Shown here piece by piece: positions 48,485 to 56,272 of a stretch of 56,272 nt of DNA. The notes beneath the pieces were generated by a model. That model was given only the letters and a program-made list of their open reading frames with translations, did no database searches and was not told the origin of the DNA. The stretch spans positions 1 to 56,272 of the forward strand of contig DAOVVV010000016.1 in the NCBI GenBank assembly GCA_030637025.1. Direction: 5' to 3'. Both the position numbers and the translations under genes were made by a program. Every line of letters starts with the position of its first letter. Positions within the stretch are counted from its first letter, which is position 1. The DNA is from Clostridia bacterium (GTDB lineage: Bacteria > CBDUZB01 > JAGLHV01).

Positions 48485-49489
48485 CTATTCTATATTATCA
48501 CTTATTTTAATACTTGCTTTATCTCTTAATTTTTTTATCCATTCTTCATATTTCTCTTCCATTTTTTGGTTAAAAATTAAATTCTTTAAGTTCCCTTTTA
48601 TTTCTTCTAAAGTTTTTTTCTGCTCTGCTTTTTTCCCTTCACATTTTATAAGATGATACCCATATTTTGTTTTTACTATACCGCTTGTTTGCCCTACATT
48701 TAAAGAAAAACTTGCTTTTTCAAATTCGGGAACCATTTCTCCTTTAATAAAAAACCCTAAATCCCCTCCGCGTTTACTGCTTGCCGGATCCTGAGAATGC
48801 TTTTTTGCTAATTCACCAAAATCCGATTCTTTCCCTTTAAGCTGTTTTTGTATTTCTTTTATTTTTTTCAAAGCATCTGCTTTCCGGGCTTTAGTTGCAT
48901 CCTCATTGACAGTAATCAATATGTGTCTTACCCTTACTCCCGCAGGTTCTATCATCTTATCTTTATTTGCTTTATAAAATTCTTTTATTTCTTCTTCTGT
49001 AGGTTCGGTAATTTTAGACCTTACCTCTATATCAATTAATTCCATAATCATCAGCTGTTTTCGAATTCTTTCTTTAAATTCTTTATAAGTAATATTTTGC
49101 CTTTTTAACTCTTTTTTAAATTCGCCTTCTCCGGAAAACCGGTCTTCAACACTTTTTACTCCATTTTCTATTTTTCGTCTGGATGCTTTTATTTTTTTCT
49201 TATCTGCTTCCTGAAACATTAATTTTTCATCAATCATTTGATTCAATATTTCTTTTTTTATTTCTTTTATTTTTGATTGTACATCTTGTCCCCCGGACAT
49301 TTTCTTGTACTGCGCAATAAATAATTCCGTTTTCTCTTGATACTGATCTAATAAAATAATTTCCCCATTTACTGTAGCAACAGTTTTATTAATCACTTTA
49401 GCCCAAACGGTAAAGGAACAAACCACCAAAAGATAAATCGTCATAAAAACCATCTTTTTAATAAAACTACTTTTTGTCTTTTGTTTCAT
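48485..49489 (-). CDS. SurA-like peptidylprolyl isomerase
   Basis: VATVNGEII, SurA N-domain, parvulin HILI...GGDLGF...YGYHLIK; surA-pdxA-rsmA order; ATG at 49489 follows AAGGAG. Confidence 0.88.
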   Translation of the reverse strand: MKQKTKSSFIKKMVFMTIYLLVVCSFTVWAKVINKTVATVNGEIILLDQYQEKTELFIAQYKKMSGGQDVQSKIKEIKKEILNQMIDEKLMFQEADKKKIKASRRKIENGVKSVEDRFSGEGEFKKELKRQNITYKEFKERIRKQLMIMELIDIEVRSKITEPTEEEIKEFYKANKDKMIEPAGVRVRHILITVNEDATKARKADALKKIKEIQKQLKGKESDFGELAKKHSQDPASSKRGGDLGFFIKGEMVPEFEKASFSLNVGQTSGIVKTKYGYHLIKCEGKKAEQKKTLEEIKGNLKNLIFNQKMEEKYEEWIKKLRDKASIKISDNIE

Positions 49490-50366
49490 TTTTTTTCTCC
49501 TTATCATTTATTTCTTCCTCAGGGGAAGTTGAAAAAATTTTATTTAATAATTCATAATTTATTTTTACTTTAAATTTGTTTTTTAATTCTTCCATCCATA
49601 GACCAAATTTATCTTTTTCTATTTTTTTCTTTATTTCCTCTTTTGCCTGATTAAAATTTTGCGGTTCCAATTTTTTTATATCAGTCAACTTTATAATATG
49701 AAACCCTAATTGAGTTTTAACAATATTACTTATATCCCCTTTGTTTTTCATCGAAAAAGCTACTTTTTCAAATTCTGGAAGCATAAAAATATCTCCTTGC
49801 CGAAAAAAACCTAAATCCCCTCCCTGTTTTGCACTACCGTTATCAATAGACATTTTTTGAGCAAGCCTTGAAAACTTTCTCCCCCGTTTAAATAAAGACA
49901 TCACTTCCTCTGCTTTTTCATAATCAGGCAAAAGAATATGGCTTATACGAATCTGCCTGGGATGCGCAAACGCATCTTTGTGCCGCAAATAATAATCAGC
50001 TAATTCTTCTTTGGTTACACTAATTTCATTTTTTCTGGCCTCTTTAATCATTTGAGCAAGTAATAAGCTTTCTTCTAATTCTTTCAACTTCATTTTTATT
50101 TCTTTGTCTTTACCTAATTTTCTCCTCTTTGCTTCCACAATTAAAAGCCGCTCTTTTATCATTGCCTCCAAAACCTGATGTCTTCCTTCCTGCGTATTTA
50201 TGAAAGCCTGAAAAGAAAACGGTATTTCCTCCAACCTTTCTCTGTACTGAGAAGTAGAAATATTTATTTCTCCCACTTTAGCCAGAAATATTTCCTCTTT
50301 TTTATTACTACAGGAAAAAAGACTTACGACAAATAACAAGAAAAGCATCAAATTTAAAGGTCGCAT
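49467..50366 (-). CDS. PpiC/PrsA-type peptidylprolyl isomerase lipoprotein
   Basis: Lipobox LFSC, SHILL, GGDLGF, GFHIIK. Confidence 0.88.
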   Translation of the reverse strand: MRPLNLMLFLLFVVSLFSCSNKKEEIFLAKVGEINISTSQYRERLEEIPFSFQAFINTQEGRHQVLEAMIKERLLIVEAKRRKLGKDKEIKMKLKELEESLLLAQMIKEARKNEISVTKEELADYYLRHKDAFAHPRQIRISHILLPDYEKAEEVMSLFKRGRKFSRLAQKMSIDNGSAKQGGDLGFFRQGDIFMLPEFEKVAFSMKNKGDISNIVKTQLGFHIIKLTDIKKLEPQNFNQAKEEIKKKIEKDKFGLWMEELKNKFKVKINYELLNKIFSTSPEEEINDKEKKNETKDKK

Positions 50367-50542
50367 TTTATTATCTCCTTATTTTTTTCTCTATGAATAC
50401 TTTCCGCACAAAACACTTGTTTTTGCTCTATCCACAAAAAACAACCTAAATCAATTAAACAAATCTATTTAATGTATTCTTCTATCCTATTATCCTATAA
50501 ATTTCTTAAATCCCTGATTTAATATTTGTTCATGCTACCACA

Positions 50543-53500
50543 TTATAACAATCTTTGCAAGATTTTTTTTAAAAAATCTATAAGCTTATTTTCTAATATA
50601 AATCTATTTATTCGAATTTTTATCTGAAAAAAGTCTTCCTGCTGAAAAGTAATTTTTTCCCGCAAATAATTTCCGGTTAAATCTAAAATTTTTTCCGGTT
50701 CTATCTGTGCTTGCGGCAAAAACTTTATAATCACCGTATCACTTTTAACTTTAATTTCATTAATATATAATTTTTGGCTTAAAACCCGCAAATCCAACAA
50801 CTCAAAAAGGCTTTCCAGTTCTTCAGGTATTTCCCCAAAACGGTCATCTAATTCCTCTTTTAATTGTATAATTTCTTCTTTCCTGATAATATTCATCATT
50901 TTTTTATAAATAATTATTCTTTGATTTGCATCCCTAATATATTCACTGGGTATATGAACATTTAAATTCAGGTCTATTATGGGCAAGGAAAGTTCTTTGT
51001 CATTTTCTCCTTTCATTTTTTTTATAGTTTGAGAAAGTAATTTACAATATAATTCCAATCCCAACTCCAGCATGCTACCATGCTGTGCAGCCCCCAAAAT
51101 ATTGCCCGCTCCACGGATCTCCAAATCTTTTAGGGCAATTTTAAAACCCGAACCTAATCCGGTAAATTCAGCAATAGCTTCTAATCTTTTTTTTGCATCC
51201 GGAGAAATATTTTTTTTATCAGGATAAAAAAAATATACATATGCCTGATATCTATTCCTCCCGATTCTTCCCCGTAACTGATATAGTTGACTCAATCCAA
51301 AATTTTCGGCGTTATTAATAATCATTGTATTAACATTAGGCATATCCAAACCAGCCTCAATGATAGTAGTAGAAAGTAAGAGATCATATTTCTTATCTAC
51401 AAATTCGGCCATTACCTTTTCTAATTGCTTCGATTTCATTCTACCATGGGCTATCCCAATATTTATCCGGGGTAATAATTGTTTTATGTGCTCCGATACT
51501 AACATAATATCTTCTATCCGGTTATGCACAAAAAAAACCTGCCCCCCTCTTCTGATTTCAGCAACAATAGATTCTTTTACGATTTCTTCATTGTATTTTC
51601 CTACATAGGTGCGGATAGGTAACCTTCCCCAGGGGGGAGTATCTACTACCGACATATTCCTTATCCCTTCCATGGCCATAGAAAGGGTTCGGGGAATAGG
51701 GGTAGCAGAAAGACTAAGTACATCAATATTTTTACGGATATTCTTTAATTTTTCCTTATCTTTTACTCCAAAGCGTTGTTCTTCATCAATAACCAATAAT
51801 CCTAAATTTTTAAATTTTATATCCCTCTGAAGTAAACGATGCGTACCAATAATTACATCTATCTTTCCCTTTTCTAATCTTTCAATGATTATTTTCTGTT
51901 CTTTAGGCATACAAAACCGGGAAAGCATTTGAACAACAACAGGGTAATCTCTGAATCTTTCCTGAAAAGTATTGAAATGTTGCTCAGCTAAAATAGTGGT
52001 GGGAACCAATACGACAACCTGTTTATTGTCTAAAACAGCCTTAAAAGCAGCTCGCATGGCTATTTCCGTCTTTCCATATCCTACATCACCGCAAATTAAA
52101 CGATCCATCGACCGGGAAAGCTGCATATCCTGGTTAACTTCTTCAATAGCACGCTTTTGATCCGGGGTTTCTTCGTAAATAAAACTCCTCGCAAATTCAT
52201 CTTCATAAAGAAGATTTCCCTTAAAAGCATGTCCCGTAATAGTTTGTCGTGTTGCATATAAATTCAAAAGTTCTTTAGCCATTAGATGAAGCTTTTTTTT
52301 AATCCGCCCTTTAACCTGAGACCATCTTATTCCATCCAAAGAATAAAGCCGGGGCTTGTATCCACTACCTCCAATATATTTTTGAACAAACCCAAAATCC
52401 TCTATCGGCACATAAAGTTTATCCTCATTTAAATACTCCAGTGTTAAAAAATCTTTTTCTTTCCCTCTTATATTTAAACAGTTCAAACCTAAAAATTTAC
52501 CTATCCCATATTTTTCATGCACTACATAATCACCATAATTTAGAGAATAAAAACTACTAAGGCTAAACTTTTTTTTAACCAAAGGAAAAAAATGTTTTTG
52601 TTTGTACCTATTAAAAATTTCATTGTCAGTTACTATCACTATTTTGAAATCCGGCAAAATAAATCCTTTATTTAATGAACCCACCATCATTTCAACATTT
52701 TCTAATCCCCCCCCCCCTTCACCGAATAGTTCTTCTATCCGCTCCCGTTCCCCTTCATTATTACAAAAAATAAAAGTTTTAAATCCCTGTCTGTCCCATT
52801 GTTCTTTTTGCCGGTAAAATATTTCTATCTTTTGAGGAAAACTAGTCATAGGACGGAAAGGAAAAATAATTGATTCTTCTTTATGTAAGGAAGAAAAATC
52901 CAAAACCGTAAGATTTTCGGTTATTTTCAATTTATTTAAACTCTCAAAACAATCATCAACAAAAACTAAACTATCCCTCTCTAAATAATCGAAAAGTTTT
53001 ACTTCTTCTTCTTCCCTGGCTGGAATAATACAGCAATTTTTTAATTTTACGATAGAACGCTGGGAAAACACGTCAAATTCGGCTATTGATTCTATTTTAT
53101 CTTCATAAAAGACTATACGCAAAGGATTATCTGCTTGAGGCGGCCAAATATCGACAATTTCACCACGCACACTGAATTGTCCGGCTTCTTCTACCAATTC
53201 TAAACGGTCATATCCTCCCCTAGCTATTTTTTCAATTATTTCTTTTCTTGTAATTCTTTCCCCTTGTCCTATTTCAAACAAATTAGAATCAAGTTTTTCC
53301 GGGGAAATAGTGTTTTGCCCCAATGCGGAAATACCGGTAATTATAATGGGGTATTTTTCTTTTAAAATATCAGCTAATATGCGAATTCGTTGTTGTTTAT
53401 CATCGGATGGAAAAAGAAATACTTTCTTTTTGTCTATACAAAAAACACTTATATCCTCTTTTAACCTTTCAGCAGCTTCATCATTAACAGCAACAACTAA

Positions 53501-53671
53501 AATACTTTTTTTTAATTTAAATTGCATCCCGCAAATAAAAAAAGCTCTTGCTCCCCCCCATAATCCCGATAAAGAAAAATACCTCTCTTTTTTTTTTATC
53601 TTCTCACATAATTTTGAAAAGTCAGGTAATTTTTCCCATAAAGCAAGCAAACTAGAAACAAACTTTTTCAT
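50543..53671 (-). CDS. mfd: transcription-repair coupling factor
   Basis: RGEIVDI, GDYVVH, MDRLICGDVGYGKTE, DEEQRFGV, SATPIPRTL, QLRGRIGR, DLEIRGAGN, TRCF domain. Confidence 0.97.
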   Translation of the reverse strand: MKKFVSSLLALWEKLPDFSKLCEKIKKKERYFSLSGLWGGARAFFICGMQFKLKKSILVVAVNDEAAERLKEDISVFCIDKKKVFLFPSDDKQQRIRILADILKEKYPIIITGISALGQNTISPEKLDSNLFEIGQGERITRKEIIEKIARGGYDRLELVEEAGQFSVRGEIVDIWPPQADNPLRIVFYEDKIESIAEFDVFSQRSIVKLKNCCIIPAREEEEVKLFDYLERDSLVFVDDCFESLNKLKITENLTVLDFSSLHKEESIIFPFRPMTSFPQKIEIFYRQKEQWDRQGFKTFIFCNNEGERERIEELFGEGGGGLENVEMMVGSLNKGFILPDFKIVIVTDNEIFNRYKQKHFFPLVKKKFSLSSFYSLNYGDYVVHEKYGIGKFLGLNCLNIRGKEKDFLTLEYLNEDKLYVPIEDFGFVQKYIGGSGYKPRLYSLDGIRWSQVKGRIKKKLHLMAKELLNLYATRQTITGHAFKGNLLYEDEFARSFIYEETPDQKRAIEEVNQDMQLSRSMDRLICGDVGYGKTEIAMRAAFKAVLDNKQVVVLVPTTILAEQHFNTFQERFRDYPVVVQMLSRFCMPKEQKIIIERLEKGKIDVIIGTHRLLQRDIKFKNLGLLVIDEEQRFGVKDKEKLKNIRKNIDVLSLSATPIPRTLSMAMEGIRNMSVVDTPPWGRLPIRTYVGKYNEEIVKESIVAEIRRGGQVFFVHNRIEDIMLVSEHIKQLLPRINIGIAHGRMKSKQLEKVMAEFVDKKYDLLLSTTIIEAGLDMPNVNTMIINNAENFGLSQLYQLRGRIGRNRYQAYVYFFYPDKKNISPDAKKRLEAIAEFTGLGSGFKIALKDLEIRGAGNILGAAQHGSMLELGLELYCKLLSQTIKKMKGENDKELSLPIIDLNLNVHIPSEYIRDANQRIIIYKKMMNIIRKEEIIQLKEELDDRFGEIPEELESLFELLDLRVLSQKLYINEIKVKSDTVIIKFLPQAQIEPEKILDLTGNYLREKITFQQEDFFQIKIRINRFILENKLIDFLKKILQRLL

Positions 53672-53750
53672 TTTATCTTCCGTTTATAATTAATCTTAGA
53701 TTACAATTTTTGGTATTTCAAAACAAAAACTAAAGAGAGACGACAAAAGA

Positions 53751-53827
53751 CAGTCCATAGACAAAGATAAAAACAGATTTAGTCCATAGTCCACAGTCGA
53801 TAGTCCATAGATAACAGATAAAGGCAA
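53751..53827. repeat. AGTCCAT-type heptamer tandem repeats with a distant inverted partner at 54051-54080
   Basis: AGTCCAT AGTCCAC AGTCGAT AGTCCAT at 53781-53808; TAGTCCATAGATAAC versus GTTGTCTATGAACTA. Confidence 0.6.
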
Positions 53828-53860
53828 AGAATAAATACTAAATTCGAAACAAAAAAAATG

Positions 53861-54016
53861 AAGGTAAAATATGTTTTGAACGACTTAGCAAATTTTAGCG
53901 AAAATAAGCGTTAAAAAAATAAGCTTGTTTGAGCAAAGCGAGTTGCTTATTTTTAGCTTGTTTTTGCGTGCCCATAGGGTAAAATTATGCGTCTAGAGAG
54001 AAATATATTTTACCTT
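53861..54016 (+). mobile_element. repeat family B copy 1: 156 bp rod-like hairpin element with terminal inverted repeats (MITE/REP-like)
   Basis: TIR AAGGTAAAATATGTTT / AAATATATTTTACCTT; 145/156 identical to 56087-56242 by manual alignment. Confidence 0.75.
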
Positions 54017-54082
54017 TATTTCCCTCATTCAAACTCCCAACTCATATATCTGTTGTCTTTTTTCCGTTGTCTATGAACTATT

Positions 54083-54142
54083 TTGTTTTTGCGTGCCTAT
54101 AGGGTAAAATTATGCATTTAGAGAGAAACATGTTTTGCCTTT
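54083..54142 (+). repeat. repeat family B partial copy (right arm only)
   Basis: TTGTTTTTGCGTGCCTATAGGGTAAAATTATGCATTTAGAGAGAAACATGTTTTGCCTTT matches the 3' part of copies 1 and 2. Confidence 0.8.
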
Positions 54143-54159
54143 AGGAAACAACCTTTATT

Positions 54160-54381
54160 TTATACGGTTTCCACTGTTTTTATTTCCGGCACATCCTCTT
54201 TAATCATTCTTTCCACGGTTTCTTTCATGGTAATCTGAGCCATAGGGCAACCATGACATGCACCTTTTAATTTTACTTTAACTACCCCCTCATCAGACAC
54301 ATCTACTAATTCAATATCCCCTCCGTCTGCCTGCAACAATCCTCTGATTTTTTCCAGAGACTTCTCAATTCTTTCTTTCAT
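54160..54381 (-). CDS. NifU/Nfu family Fe-S cluster carrier
   Basis: IR..LQADGGDIELV, GACHGCPMA. Confidence 0.93.
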   Translation of the reverse strand: MKERIEKSLEKIRGLLQADGGDIELVDVSDEGVVKVKLKGACHGCPMAQITMKETVERMIKEDVPEIKTVETV

Positions 54382-54408
54382 CGTCTTACTACCTCCTTTT
54401 TAATTTTT

Positions 54409-55014
54409 TTAAATTTTTGGATCAATTTTTATTTTACTCCAAATATCATTGTGAAAATTAAAGTTATTACCATAATAAACACTTAGTGCTTTTACTATGT
54501 GTCCAAGCATTTGAGCAACTATACTATAAATTGCATTCGGAGACATCTGGTTTTTACTTAATTTTTTTACAACCTCATACCAATCCAAAGATCCTGCATT
54601 AACATGTGCGTGACTATAAGTAAATTTAACTACACGGTCATAGTATTTTCTGTTCATAAAACCTATTTCTTCCATTCTATTTAAAAGACTAATATTTGTC
54701 CAATACTCTCCGAATTTATCTTCTTTAAAATCAGATAGATATTGTTTAAGTCTGTCTTCTGTATCTTTTTGCATAATCCATCTCATATTTATAGAATGCT
54801 CAATTAAACTTCTCAGTATAGGCAAAGATTCATTTACGAAATTATTTTTACACAAAAAAATAATAGTATCTATAAATCTCATTGCTTTAGAGGTTGAAAC
54901 TCTTAAATACATGTTAATATCAATCATCGTTGGATTTTTAATTTCAAAACCAATTTGATTAAAACTATCTTGATTTTTTTTCGTATTCTCTTCAATTAAA
55001 ACTTTATAATTCAT
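54409..55014 (-). CDS. DUF5677-like hypothetical protein
   Basis: Helical protein with ILRSLIEH and Y...YSHAH pattern recalled for DUF5677. Confidence 0.55.
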   Translation of the reverse strand: MNYKVLIEENTKKNQDSFNQIGFEIKNPTMIDINMYLRVSTSKAMRFIDTIIFLCKNNFVNESLPILRSLIEHSINMRWIMQKDTEDRLKQYLSDFKEDKFGEYWTNISLLNRMEEIGFMNRKYYDRVVKFTYSHAHVNAGSLDWYEVVKKLSKNQMSPNAIYSIVAQMLGHIVKALSVYYGNNFNFHNDIWSKIKIDPKI

Positions 55015-55184
55015 AAAATTATTTCCTTTTTATGTCCACTTTTGTTTTTTCTCTTCCTATAAACTTTTTAATATTTACATTAATAACTACAAGTACATAC
55101 AGTTTTTCTGCTTTCATTTTCGTTTATCAATGCAAATATTATCACCATCTACTATATAATCTCCTTAGCTAATTTAATTCATAA

Positions 55185-56057
55185 TTAAATAGTAGAATTT
55201 AAATCTACCTCAATGCCAACAGCTTTTATCTCAGCTGCTAACTTTAATTTCCATTCATTACCATTTTTATCAAAAGGAATATATACTACACCTAAAATAT
55301 CACTGGGCAACTCTATACCTTTTGAATAAAATGCACAAACACGATTTCTACCCAACTTTCCAAAAAAATAACCAAGTTCAAGGATAACATTTTGCCTTGC
55401 TCTTGATTTTAAGTCATTAGTAGGTGTAGATTTTGAGGCACCTCTGTCGTCAGGTGTCAATAGGACTACAGCAAAACCAACATTTGAATAGTCCTCAAAT
55501 TTTTCAATTATCGTTCTGCCTTTATTCGGCTTTTCATTTAAAATAATAGGATTTAAATCTAATTTTACTATATATCTTGCCACCGTATCTTTAGCTGAAT
55601 CGTCAGTCCCGTGAACAATAAAAATATCTTTACCAATTTTTGGCATTTCATTTTCGCAACTAGGAATCGGACCATTTCCCCCTTCTTCTGGGCCAGAATA
55701 AAATTCAAGACACCGCTCTGTAGATTTTAACCGTGTAAGTAATTTATCAATATATTTGTGAACATGCCTAGTCCTATTTTTTATTGTGCTGTCTCCACTA
55801 AAAGACATAGCACGAAAACCAGAGTATTCCTTGCTCATTTCATCACTACTAAACACGTGACGTAATAATCTGGTGTTATAATCATCCCACATTATTTCTT
55901 TTCTTTTCAAACCTTCGAAATCTTGTTCCGATGTAATTTCTAAATCTAATAACTCCTCTCCCTCCTCTATTTGCTTTTTAATCTTTTCTTCCGCTTCTAC
56001 TTTTGATACTAGTAACATATTCGACTCATCACCTTTTTGGGCTCTCTTTCCTGTCAT
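55185..56057 (-). CDS. TIR-domain protein of the Cap12/Pycsar-effector type (PF10137-like) with N-terminal helical domain
   Basis: IFIVHG, PIILNE.PNKGRTIIEKFE, FAVVLLTPDD, RARQNVILELGYF.GKLGR.RV, ELPSDILGVVY. Confidence 0.9.
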   Translation of the reverse strand: MTGKRAQKGDESNMLLVSKVEAEEKIKKQIEEGEELLDLEITSEQDFEGLKRKEIMWDDYNTRLLRHVFSSDEMSKEYSGFRAMSFSGDSTIKNRTRHVHKYIDKLLTRLKSTERCLEFYSGPEEGGNGPIPSCENEMPKIGKDIFIVHGTDDSAKDTVARYIVKLDLNPIILNEKPNKGRTIIEKFEDYSNVGFAVVLLTPDDRGASKSTPTNDLKSRARQNVILELGYFFGKLGRNRVCAFYSKGIELPSDILGVVYIPFDKNGNEWKLKLAAEIKAVGIEVDLNSTI

Positions 56058-56086
56058 ATAATCCTCCTTTTTTATACACTAAAATA

Positions 56087-56242
56087 AAGGTGAAATGTGT
56101 TTTGAACGATATAGCAAATTTTAGCGAAAATAAGCGTTAAAAAAATAAGCCTGTCTGAGCAAAGCGAGTTGCTTATTTTTAGCTTGTTTTTGCGTGCCCG
56201 AAGGGTAAAATTATGCGTCCAGAGAGAAACATATTTTGCCTT
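56087..56242 (+). mobile_element. repeat family B copy 2 (similarity to copy 1 flank continues to window end)
   Basis: TIR extendable to 22 bp (56081-56102 / 56227-56248); 11 substitutions versus copy 1. Confidence 0.75.
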
Positions 56243-56272
56243 TATTTTCCTCGTTCTACCTCCTGTCTCATA

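Noticed and set aside
1192-53693. All plus-strand ORFs in the track (e.g. 18229-18798, 40237-40665, 41931-42374, 44256-44825)
   Set aside because: Antisense shadows of well-supported minus-strand genes or low-complexity intergenic frames with no recognisable motifs
53751-54142. CRISPR array
   Set aside because: Repeats are heptamers or >150 bp elements with no regular repeat-spacer periodicity; no cas genes in the window
55015-55184. Small ORFs (22 and 32 codons) between the TIR and DUF5677-like genes
   Set aside because: Too short, no recognisable motif and only weak RBS spacing; cannot be supported from sequence alone
53861-56242. Family-B repeats as integron attC sites
   Set aside because: No RYYYAAC...GTTRRRY core boxes at the ends, no repeat between the TIR and DUF5677-like genes, and no integrase visible

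Overview
AT-rich bacterial chromosome segment. Every credible gene is on the minus strand and uses the standard code (TGA acts as a stop). Most of it is housekeeping: ruvCAB/yebC, queA/queH, glyA, wecB, argCJ, apt, rpsB-tsf-pyrH-frr, secE-nusG-rplK-rplA, pyk, tsaC, nadB, rsmA-pdxA-surA-like, mfd, a divergent EF-G paralogue and one tRNA-Arg(CCT). PorV-family and T9SS-CTD-like proteins plus a TonB-dependent receptor indicate a diderm; an Elusimicrobiota-like or related candidate lineage is my inference only. Main points of interest: (1) a tightly linked cluster of T9SS-like surface cargo, PorV barrel fused to TPRs, periplasmic-sensor histidine kinase and REC-GAF-HD-GYP, which could be a trans-envelope signalling system; (2) a ~156-190 bp rod-like repeat whose stem variants keep G-T/G-U pairing on the + strand and which brackets a TIR + DUF5677-like + nifU islet; (3) a second dispersed hairpin repeat family, duplicated in the long leader of a sigma factor; (4) strong CCGG over-representation; (5) a WecA/TagO homologue with degenerate catalytic motifs. 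All calls come from reading motifs by eye; no database searches were run.
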